Of a stretch of DNA of 28,796 nt, positions 1-7,734 are shown in pieces. The notes beneath the pieces were generated by a model. That model did no database searches and had not been told where the DNA came from. It saw nothing but the letters and a program-made list of their open reading frames with translations. The stretch lies in IMG/VR virus record IMGVR_UViG_3300006802_000389, positions 1 through 28,796 of that record; one strand, written 5' to 3'. The position numbers and the translations under genes were made by a program. Each line of letters opens with the position of its first letter. Position 1 is the first letter of the stretch. The stretch comes from a virus (Duplodnaviria; Caudoviricetes).

Positions 1-2
1 AG

Positions 3-1121
3 GGCTTCTCTCCAAGCCGTGGTCCGGTTGACCCCCTCAAGGTGTTCAGCGCCGCCGCTGCGATGGGCGAGCAGGGGGCAACCCGGCAGCTGTTTGCGGA
101 GGGATCTCATGCGGCACGGACCCTGCAGCAGGGGATGCGCGAAAAACAAGGCGGACGGGAGGTGAACTTGTTCCCTGAGCCCGCCACGCAGGGGTCGACG
201 GGCGTGGGCGGCAAGGCGCGCGCCAGGGCGGCTGAGCTGCTCGATGAGCTTGGCGGCCCAGGCAGTGAGCGGGTGCAGCGTCTGTTTGAGGTGCTGGCCA
301 ATCCGGGCACCCCCGAGGCCGAGGCCATGCGCAACCAGGTGGCGGCGCGTCTGCAGAGCCAGGGCGCCGACGCCACTGCAATTGGCGACGAGTTGGAGGC
401 CCTGGGCCGCGCTGGCCAGGGGCGCTACGGCAATTTTGGTGCGGCACCAGAAGACCAGGAGGTGATCTACGGCGGCGGCTTTGGGATCAAGCGCGAACCC
501 ACCAGTGCCGACATGGCGTCAGAAAAGGAGGCCACGCTGCAGGGCCTGGCGAAGTCACTGCTGCAACCCGGCGCCTACAAGAGCGATGCCCAGGCCGCTT
601 ATATGGCAGACCTGGCGGCGCGCGTCGCAGTGCAGTCGGGGCGCCCGGCTGAGCAGGTGCTGGCCGAAATCATGAATCCGCCAGTCGCGCAAATTAGGGT
701 GCCAAGTCGTGACACCATCGTGAACCGAGACCCGGGTCTTGGTGGCTACGAGGGTGAGCCGCTGAATCCGAAGAATCGTCAAAACGTGGCCGCTCAGCAG
801 GCCGGACTGGAAACCTGGAAGCGCGAAGCCGAGCGAACCGGTCGACCCGTGCGCGGCGTGGCGCCGGCTCGACAGGCTGTTCGCTCGCAGTATCAACAGC
901 CGTTCGACCTGGGCATAGGTGAGAGCGGCGCCAGGAAGGTGGTGCCCTATAGCAGCGTGGCCGCCAATCTGAGCGCTGAGGTCGGATCGCCCGAGCAGGA
1001 GGCCGCCATGGCGTTGCTGGCCGACCGCCTCAGGAGCGGATCCTCTGCCGTGACGCCGGATCTAGCCGAACGGACGCGCAACTTCCTGCTGCGCAGAGCG
1101 CAGGCGGCAAGGGGCGCGTGA
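3..1121 (+). CDS. Hypothetical Ala/Gly/Gln-rich phage protein, 5'-truncated (probable internal virion protein)
   Basis: Frame is open from base 3 to TGA at 1121; GC3-rich codons; stop overlaps the next start. Confidence 0.7.
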   Translation, partial: GFSPSRGPVDPLKVFSAAAAMGEQGATRQLFAEGSHAARTLQQGMREKQGGREVNLFPEPATQGSTGVGGKARARAAELLDELGGPGSERVQRLFEVLANPGTPEAEAMRNQVAARLQSQGADATAIGDELEALGRAGQGRYGNFGAAPEDQEVIYGGGFGIKREPTSADMASEKEATLQGLAKSLLQPGAYKSDAQAAYMADLAARVAVQSGRPAEQVLAEIMNPPVAQIRVPSRDTIVNRDPGLGGYEGEPLNPKNRQNVAAQQAGLETWKREAERTGRPVRGVAPARQAVRSQYQQPFDLGIGESGARKVVPYSSVAANLSAEVGSPEQEAAMALLADRLRSGSSAVTPDLAERTRNFLLRRAQAARGA

Positions 1122-1360
1122 TGAGCGAGGGCAAGCGCGAGCGCGCCAAGGGATTAGCCCAGGCGTTCCAGAAGATGAGTAAGCCCGCCAGCCAGGGCGG
1201 CACCGGCGGCACGTTCAGCGCGGCGGCCACCAAGGCGGGCCACGCCGATAGCCCTAAGGGGCGTAAGGCGTTCGCCGATGCAGTGCTAAGCAACCCGGAT
1301 AATCACTCCGAGAAGATGGTCAAAAAGGCCAACTTCTACCGGAACGTGATCAGCAAATAG
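1118..1360 (+). CDS. Small basic phage protein (GTF.AAA.KAG...FA..VL.NP....KKANF.RN type)
   Basis: 80 aa ORF coupled to the upstream stop (GTGATG); Lys-rich; motif recalled from small phage proteins. Confidence 0.75.
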   Translation: MMSEGKRERAKGLAQAFQKMSKPASQGGTGGTFSAAATKAGHADSPKGRKAFADAVLSNPDNHSEKMVKKANFYRNVISK

Positions 1361-1381
1361 CGTCGTTAGACTGACCCCATC

Positions 1382-1708
1382 TTGGGTGACGGGGTAGTGG
1401 CGTTCCCGCTGGGCCAGCGCGATCCGGGCAGTATCAGTGACGCGCTGGGTCAGGCGTTGCTTGATAAGGAGACGCGCCGCGAAAAGCCTGTCACATTTGG
1501 GTATGAGGCGGGAACACCGACGCGCTTTGCCGGCGAAGAGATCTCGAGGAATCTGGGTCTCAACGGTGAATTTGGCGCCATGACGAATGACAAGCAGGAC
1601 AAAGATTCGCAGGCCTACCTGAAGAAGTTTGTTGGCCAGTGGACCTCCGGGGCCTTCTCGCCCTTTGGCGGCGAGGCCGGTCAGGGGTCACAGCAGGAGG
1701 TGGCGTGA
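1382..1708 (+). CDS. Hypothetical protein (start may be GTG 1397)
   Basis: ORF follows TAGACT at 1367; TGATG coupling to the next gene. Confidence 0.7.
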   Translation: MGDGVVAFPLGQRDPGSISDALGQALLDKETRREKPVTFGYEAGTPTRFAGEEISRNLGLNGEFGAMTNDKQDKDSQAYLKKFVGQWTSGAFSPFGGEAGQGSQQEVA

Positions 1709-2262
1709 TGGCAATGCGGTTCCCGATGGGCGGTGGGCGCCTGTTGAGTGCCCTCAAGGAGATCCTCCCAAAGGGTGCCGGTGAATGGGCCCTGCGCCTA
1801 GGGCCGGAAGCTGGCTTTGCCGTCATCGGCGCCGCAATGGCCCCAGAGGGCACCTCGGTGACCGATCGCCTGGCCCTGGCCGGGGAGGACGCCTTGATCG
1901 GCCTGGGTAGCTCGCTGCTCGGTAGCGCGGGCGGCCGCTTGATTGGCGGACGGATCTACCCGCGCAATGCCTTTGCTACGGCCGAGGAGCGTGCAGCCAA
2001 GCTGGCCGGCGCGATGACCGTGGGCGACATTGCGGCTGCGCCGTTGCCAATGCTTGCGCCCCGTCCGATTGCCACATCGGTGTACGAGACGGCGCTGCAG
2101 GGGCAGTCGCGGCGCGAGCAAGAAGAGGCCCAGCGGGCAGAAGAGGAGCGCCACGCGCAGGAGGCGCTGGCGACCTCGATGATCGCGGGCGGTGGCGGCG
2201 TGCTGCTGCCATCTCTGAATGCAGCCGGTATCGATAGCCGGATCTTCCAGGGCCTGGTCTGA
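1708..2262 (+). CDS. Hypothetical Gly/Ala-rich protein (probable virion protein)
   Basis: AGGAGG at 1695-1700, ATG 1708 overlapping the upstream TGA; TGATG coupling downstream. Confidence 0.75.
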   Translation: MAMRFPMGGGRLLSALKEILPKGAGEWALRLGPEAGFAVIGAAMAPEGTSVTDRLALAGEDALIGLGSSLLGSAGGRLIGGRIYPRNAFATAEERAAKLAGAMTVGDIAAAPLPMLAPRPIATSVYETALQGQSRREQEEAQRAEEERHAQEALATSMIAGGGGVLLPSLNAAGIDSRIFQGLV

Positions 2263-3593
2263 TGGCGCAAACCACTCCGCGTGAGCCCAGCCCAGAGGAG
2301 CTGCGCAACATCTTTGATTACGCGTTCCGTAGCAGCCCTCGCGCCTACGGAAGCGAGCTATATGACGACCCCTCGCCGGTGGTCGACATGCTGGGCAGCT
2401 CGCCGCTGCTCGACTACGTCCGTCAGCGCCTGCCGCAGAAGCTTGGCGACACCAAGGCTGGCAAGGCGCTCATCAACCTGTTGCCGGAGGATCAGAAGCC
2501 CCGCTCGCTGGGAGATTACGTCAAGCGGGGGATTCAAGAAGCGCCCCTGGGTGGATACTCAAAGATCCACTTGATGGATGTCGACCGACTGCGAGGCGGG
2601 GACGCCGCGGTCCAGCTAGGCACCACCCGGGTCGGTCAGGTCCCTGACATGCAGGGCTTTGACCGACCGACGGGCACGATGCGCGAGGCAGCGGCTCAGC
2701 TGGCTGGCGTTACGGCTGGGGACATCGCTCAAGACGGTGTACGCAATATCTGGTGGTTCCTGAATGCTCCGCAGGCATTGGCGTCGCTGGCGATCTTGAG
2801 CGCCGTGCATGGGGCCAGTCAGGATTTTCGGGATCCGTCCAGCAAGGGTCCGGTGATTCGCAATCGCGGCATGCGCCTGGCGGCCACGGTGCCGGCCGTG
2901 ATCGGGATGTCGATGGCGGTCGGCAATGTTGGCAGGCAGCCCGGATATAAAGCCGCGGTGCCGAGCGAGGCGGACCCGACGATCAGCGCCGATCCACTGG
3001 GAGAGGCTGTGTCGCGCTACTTCTTGGGGCGAACGGGGTCACTGCTGCCTTACGACGAGTTTGTTAAAGAGCGCCCTGACGTCTCCCGCGGTGAGTACGA
3101 GCAATACAAGGCGTACCTGCACGGCAACTCCCTGCCGATCAAGGCCACGCTTGATGGGATTCAAGGCCCCGAGGTGACCTTCCTCGGCAAGAGTATTCCG
3201 GTGGCGACGGGCATCTTGCCGGCGGTTGCCGCTGCCGTGGGCGCTGGCATGGGGATCCGGAAGGCGGGTGCCAGGTTGCGCGACGCCAAAGTGCTCGATC
3301 AGGCGGCATCGGCGCGCGAGGGTGTCAAGGAGCGCTATGGCGAACTGCGCCAGAAAGGCCTAGAGCACGAGGAGGCATTAGCTGAGCTGGGCCCAGAGAT
3401 TCGGGTGCGCGAAAGGCTTCAGCGGCAGATTGACAGCGAAATGCTGAAGCAATCGCTGGCGTACAGCAGCATTGGACTAACCGGCGCTGCCGTGACTGGT
3501 CAGCTCTTAGAATCAATCCGTCGCGCCCTCAAGGGCAGGGCTGAGATTGAACCAGCCGTAGACGAGCAGACTTCACTTCCGGCGCCGGTGTAA
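2262..3593 (+). CDS. Hypothetical 443 aa protein with hydrophobic segments (probable internal virion/ejection protein)
   Basis: Long ORF, translationally coupled, phage codon bias. Confidence 0.8.
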   Translation: MAQTTPREPSPEELRNIFDYAFRSSPRAYGSELYDDPSPVVDMLGSSPLLDYVRQRLPQKLGDTKAGKALINLLPEDQKPRSLGDYVKRGIQEAPLGGYSKIHLMDVDRLRGGDAAVQLGTTRVGQVPDMQGFDRPTGTMREAAAQLAGVTAGDIAQDGVRNIWWFLNAPQALASLAILSAVHGASQDFRDPSSKGPVIRNRGMRLAATVPAVIGMSMAVGNVGRQPGYKAAVPSEADPTISADPLGEAVSRYFLGRTGSLLPYDEFVKERPDVSRGEYEQYKAYLHGNSLPIKATLDGIQGPEVTFLGKSIPVATGILPAVAAAVGAGMGIRKAGARLRDAKVLDQAASAREGVKERYGELRQKGLEHEEALAELGPEIRVRERLQRQIDSEMLKQSLAYSSIGLTGAAVTGQLLESIRRALKGRAEIEPAVDEQTSLPAPV

Positions 3594-3599
3594 TCAGGC

Positions 3600-3965
3600 A
3601 TGGCACGTTTTACCGGGGTTGGTGGTTTTGACGATGTCCGCAGTCGCAATGAACTGGGGACCAATGCGGCGCTGAACTTTGAGCAGCGCTACAACATGGC
3701 CGATCAAGGCCTGGCCTCGATGGCCCGGATGCGCGCGGCGGACTACCTGGCCAATGCGCAGGTCGCTGCTGCGCGGACGGATGCCAACAGTTCGATCCTG
3801 ACCGGAGCCTTGAGCGGGCTCGGCAGCATTGCCGGCGGCGCCATGCGAGGCATGGCCATGCGTCCGACCATGGGAAGCGGTCAACCAGCTGCTCCCGCTA
3901 TTGACGCCGCCAACGCCACCGCTGGCGAGCGAGCTCTCATGGGAGCCCAGTACAAGCTCTACTGA
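3600..3965 (+). CDS. Hypothetical Ala/Gly-rich protein (pilot/ejection-like)
   Basis: 121 aa ORF with glycine-zipper-like ILTGALSGLGSIAGG. Confidence 0.75.
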   Translation: MARFTGVGGFDDVRSRNELGTNAALNFEQRYNMADQGLASMARMRAADYLANAQVAAARTDANSSILTGALSGLGSIAGGAMRGMAMRPTMGSGQPAAPAIDAANATAGERALMGAQYKLY

Positions 3966-3977
3966 TGGTGATGCACC

Positions 3978-4445
3978 GTGACTAGGTTCGCCGGCTCAAG
4001 ATTGCAGAACTCAGGGTGGGACTTTGAGACCCCCACCTTCCAGCCGGTGCGCCTGGTCAGCGCCCGTGGATCGAGCGGCGCCCAGGAGGCTGAGGTGCAG
4101 CCGATGCTCGGCGGCATCGACCGCGATTCCAGTGAGATACTCGGCAGTACGCCCCAGTTAAATTCAGCCGCCCAAGGTCGCATGGCCGGCAGCGCTGTGA
4201 ACGCGATCGGCGAAGTGGGCGCTGCGCGGCGCCAGGCGGATGCGATGGAGGAAGCCGCCCGGACTCGTTCGCAGGGCAGCATGACCAGCGGCATTCTTTC
4301 GACGGTCGGAACAGTGCTCGGCGGGGCCCTGGCGTTGTGTGATGAGCGCTGCAAGGAGGACATGCAGCCGCTGGCGTTCGCTCCAGCGGGCGACCGATTG
4401 AGCGAGCTGGCCTATGCCGTCAAGGGGCTGCGTGAGCATTCTTGA
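3978..4445 (+). CDS. Glycine-zipper protein ending in an S74-like cleavage motif (CDERCK)
   Basis: GILSTVGTVLGGALAL is followed by C-D-E-R-C-K-E-D-M-Q-P-L, resembling SDxRxKxNIxPL of peptidase S74. Confidence 0.7.
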   Translation: MTRFAGSRLQNSGWDFETPTFQPVRLVSARGSSGAQEAEVQPMLGGIDRDSSEILGSTPQLNSAAQGRMAGSAVNAIGEVGAARRQADAMEEAARTRSQGSMTSGILSTVGTVLGGALALCDERCKEDMQPLAFAPAGDRLSELAYAVKGLREHS

Positions 4446-4656
4446 GAGGGTGCGTCGCCTGACACCGCTGCAATTTCGCTATCGGCGCGAACTGGACCCC
4501 AGCGGAGCACTGCGAGGTGGATTCTCGGCGCAACAGGTGCAAGAGGTGTTCCCTGATGCCGTGGTTGAGGTGAATGGTGCGTTAATGATTGACCTTGAAG
4601 TGTTGGGGCGTTATGTGGAACTTGCCAGGCAAGAGCAGCTAGAAAGCGGCTTCTAG
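4432..4656 (+). CDS. Stand-alone peptidase S74 / intramolecular-chaperone C-terminal part
   Basis: GTG 4432 after AAGGGG; ILERVRRLTPLQFRYR...GGFSAQQVQEVFPDAV...LMID matches the L.PV.YRY...GFIAQEV..VFPEAV pattern. Confidence 0.75.
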   Translation: MSILERVRRLTPLQFRYRRELDPSGALRGGFSAQQVQEVFPDAVVEVNGALMIDLEVLGRYVELARQEQLESGF

Positions 4657-4688
4657 AATCAAGGCAGTAGTAATTCCTCCCGGCGGGA

Positions 4689-5453
4689 ATGGCCAGATAC
4701 ATCGATGCGGGCGGCGGACTTCTGGTTCCCGATACCTATGCCCCGCAAGATCAGGGCCCATCACCCGCTGATGTGACTGCCGCGGCAGCGTCCGCCGGTG
4801 GATGGAATCCCTTCGGGCAGGGGGGCAGGCAGGGAATCCGGAAGGCAGCGGAAAAGCCGCTGATAGCCATGGGCCTGATGAATCCGGACACTAAGGCGCT
4901 GCGGATGGGGCGCATTGGTGGCGCGAGCGCTGGGCTGGGTTCGGTATTAGCGCTGATTGCGGCAGCCAATGAGCTCAATGACCCCAACGAATCGGCGGGG
5001 CGGAATGTGGCCCAAGCCGGCGGCATGGCAACTGGCACTATTGGTGGTGGCGCCTTGGGGGCGTTGGCTGGCTCCTTCCTGGGTCCCGTCGGTACGTTCG
5101 TGGGTGGCGCCTTGGGTGGTGCACTTGGCGGCGAGGCCGGTAAAGGTCTGGCGAGTTTCGCGGCAGACCTGGTGGAGGGCTCGCCCACGGATCAGGCATT
5201 GCGGGACGCCCAGAAGCAGGCGCGCGTTGCCATGGGTCTTGAGGCTGAGCGCATGAAGACCCTGCTGCCGGTTCAGGACATGGCAGCCAAGGTGGCACTG
5301 CAGAACGAGGTGGCACGTGCCAAGGCGCTCACCGCACTGCAGAACGATGCGCAGCTGCGGCAGAACATGGCGCAGGCGTTCCTGATGCAGCAGCATGCTG
5401 GCGCTCAGCAGCAGCTGGCCACCACGCAAGCTGTACTGGGAGGCATGGGCTGA
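4689..5453 (+). CDS. Glycine-zipper plus coiled-coil protein (probable ejection protein)
   Basis: GGGALGALAGSFLGPVGTFVGGALGGALGG; TAGAAT at 4654. Confidence 0.8.
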   Translation: MARYIDAGGGLLVPDTYAPQDQGPSPADVTAAAASAGGWNPFGQGGRQGIRKAAEKPLIAMGLMNPDTKALRMGRIGGASAGLGSVLALIAAANELNDPNESAGRNVAQAGGMATGTIGGGALGALAGSFLGPVGTFVGGALGGALGGEAGKGLASFAADLVEGSPTDQALRDAQKQARVAMGLEAERMKTLLPVQDMAAKVALQNEVARAKALTALQNDAQLRQNMAQAFLMQQHAGAQQQLATTQAVLGGMG

Positions 5454-5455
5454 CC

Positions 5456-5902
5456 ATGGGCGTCGCGGACACGTATCTGGCGAGTTTTCAGCCAGTCGCT
5501 CCCGTTGCGGGCTTTGGGCTCGTCAAGGACACGGCAATGACCGAAGCCTTGACGCAGGCCAATATCCAAAACGCCTCAATTGGCCTGGCGATGGCCCAGC
5601 AGGGGCTGACTGAGTTCGGCGCGGCCACACGTCAGAAGGACCTCCTCGATGCCCAGGCCCGGGAGAATGAGTTGACCCGCCGCGCCAATCGGAGAGCGGG
5701 AATCGGCCGGATGGCTGGGCAGTTGTTTGGTGGTGGCGCAGGATTATCTCTGCCGAGCATGCAAAGTACAGACCCCCTGGCGTTGTACCAGAATCTGGAT
5801 AACTTCCTGAGATACCAGGGCGCCCGGCGCGGAGAGAGAACTGCCAGCAGTCGCGGTTACGGCGCCGGTGTTATTCAGCAGCTGGGGCAGGGCCTCGGCT
5901 AA
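5456..5902 (+). CDS. Hypothetical protein
   Basis: 148 aa ORF starting 2 nt after the upstream stop. Confidence 0.75.
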   Translation: MGVADTYLASFQPVAPVAGFGLVKDTAMTEALTQANIQNASIGLAMAQQGLTEFGAATRQKDLLDAQARENELTRRANRRAGIGRMAGQLFGGGAGLSLPSMQSTDPLALYQNLDNFLRYQGARRGERTASSRGYGAGVIQQLGQGLG

Positions 5903-5936
5903 GCACTTAGCATGGGTGTAGGTAGTAGCACCCGTT

Positions 5937-6515
5937 GTGACAAGTCAGCCGACTGGTGGGTTTTGGTCGCAGGCATCTGATGCAATTGGCAAGCGGATTC
6001 TGGGCGCCCTGACTGGCACTCCCGTGCCGGGCAGTATTGATGCACAAGCTTGGGAGCTGTACAAGAAGTCGCTAGACCCAAAACCGGTCACGGATCAGAG
6101 CTTGGAGCAAGCGCGCTCGCATTCGCTGCAGACGGGCATCAATAATGTCACCCTGCAGGGGCTGCAGAATAACGAGCGCCTGCGAACCATTGGCGCTGGC
6201 TCCGAGCTCGAGGGCCGGGGTATCATGATCGGCCAGAACACTGATGCAGCGACACGGCTGATCGGGGCTAAGTCCAGTGAGCAGGAGGCTCGCGCGAATG
6301 AGCGGCTTCAACACCAGCTGGCGTTCCAAGATCACGAGAAGTGGCTGGCCGGCGAGAGCGACGCCGAGCGCCTGAAGCAGGTCCTGGCATTTGCAGGCGG
6401 TCAAGATGACAAGAATCGCGCCCTGCAAGAGAAGTATCTGCAGCAAGCCAATACGCAGCAGATGTTCGGCAACATCCTCGGCGCTGCCGGCGTGATTGCC
6501 TCGATGTTCGCCTGA
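5937..6515 (+). CDS. Hypothetical protein with Gln-rich helix and hydrophobic C-terminus
   Basis: 192 aa ORF after TAGCAT at 5908. Confidence 0.7.
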   Translation: MTSQPTGGFWSQASDAIGKRILGALTGTPVPGSIDAQAWELYKKSLDPKPVTDQSLEQARSHSLQTGINNVTLQGLQNNERLRTIGAGSELEGRGIMIGQNTDAATRLIGAKSSEQEARANERLQHQLAFQDHEKWLAGESDAERLKQVLAFAGGQDDKNRALQEKYLQQANTQQMFGNILGAAGVIASMFA

Positions 6516-6523
6516 GGCCTGCC

Positions 6524-7192
6524 ATGGGTTCCTACGCCAACTTCCGCAACAACACGGCGTACCAGCAAGCCGCCACGGCTCTGGGCACGACCGTCAAGAA
6601 AGCCGCGCAAACCAAGGCGGGCCGCCAGCAGGTCAAGAGGTACGCCAGCGCCCAGGTCGCCAAGCCGGCCGCGCAGCCAGGTCCCGGCTCGAGTCCGCAG
6701 ATCAGCAGCCAGGGCGGAGGCCGCACGGGCTACAGCTTTGGCTCCATTCCCGGCCAGATGGTCAATACAGGTATTCAGGGTCTGGTCGACTTCGGTAACA
6801 AGTACAAGGACAACGAGACCGTTGGCGGCATCGTTGCCGGCAAGATTGGCGACATCTATGGCACCACGGCCAATACCGGCCTGGCCATCCAGTACAACGA
6901 TGCCTTCCTGAACTCCCTGGGTACCTATCAGCAGGGCCTGGAGAACCTCAAGACCGGCAACACGCTCAAGCTGATGGGCGCGGAGGGAGCCATCACCAGC
7001 AACCTTTACGGCAAGCAGGGCGAGGAGCAGCGCAAGACCGTCGAAACCCAGGGGCAGCAGTCCCGCCTGCTCACGCAAACCCAGGGAGAGCAGGAGCGGC
7101 TGAACCTGCAGGAGACGGGCAACCAGACCCTGCGGCTGCGCGCTGATGCCCGCGGAGCGATTCGCAGTCAGGGCGCCCGCTTCTACGGCTGA
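6524..7192 (+). CDS. Hypothetical protein with (T/Q)GEQ.R repeats (probable internal virion protein)
   Basis: 222 aa, high GC3, repeats QGEEQR/QGQQSR/QGEQER/TGNQTL; TGATG coupling. Confidence 0.8.
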   Translation: MGSYANFRNNTAYQQAATALGTTVKKAAQTKAGRQQVKRYASAQVAKPAAQPGPGSSPQISSQGGGRTGYSFGSIPGQMVNTGIQGLVDFGNKYKDNETVGGIVAGKIGDIYGTTANTGLAIQYNDAFLNSLGTYQQGLENLKTGNTLKLMGAEGAITSNLYGKQGEEQRKTVETQGQQSRLLTQTQGEQERLNLQETGNQTLRLRADARGAIRSQGARFYG

Positions 7193-7701
7193 TGGCGATC
7201 AACACAGACGGACCGGTCCCCCAGTTCCTGGCAGCCCTGGATAGCGATCGGCGCGAGGGCTTCCTGAACTACGTCGAGCACACCTACTCGGTCTACGAGA
7301 TCTGGCTGTATGCCGGCGTGCTCGGCTACCAGGACAGCTTCACGGCGCTGGAGAGGTGGGTCAGCAAGAACTACCCGAAGCTCAACCGGCGCGAGCTGCT
7401 GCTGGCTGAGATCTGCAAACTCGAGGCTGACATTGACTATCTGCGCCAGCAGGTGCAGGCCGATCTGATCAAGGCGGACGCCGCCGCCAGTCGGATTGCC
7501 CAGCTCTCCAAGGAACTGCGCGGTCACGTCAGCGAGATCGAGCGCATGAACCGCACCACCGATCGCCGCGGTCTGGTGCTGGCCGGCGCTGACATGGCGA
7601 TGCGGGCCCTGCGGAGCACCTTCAAGGACAACGAGGTGGTGATGCCCGCGCTGGACATGGCCTTTGAGTCAGTCTGGGCGCAGCTGGAATCGGAGAAGTA
7701 G
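7192..7701 (+). CDS. Putative terminase small subunit
   Basis: 169 aa helical/coiled-coil protein immediately upstream of TerL; product inferred from position. Confidence 0.5.
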   Translation: MAINTDGPVPQFLAALDSDRREGFLNYVEHTYSVYEIWLYAGVLGYQDSFTALERWVSKNYPKLNRRELLLAEICKLEADIDYLRQQVQADLIKADAAASRIAQLSKELRGHVSEIERMNRTTDRRGLVLAGADMAMRALRSTFKDNEVVMPALDMAFESVWAQLESEK

Positions 7702-7734
7702 GACGGACTAAGGCGAAACCGGTAGATTGATGCC

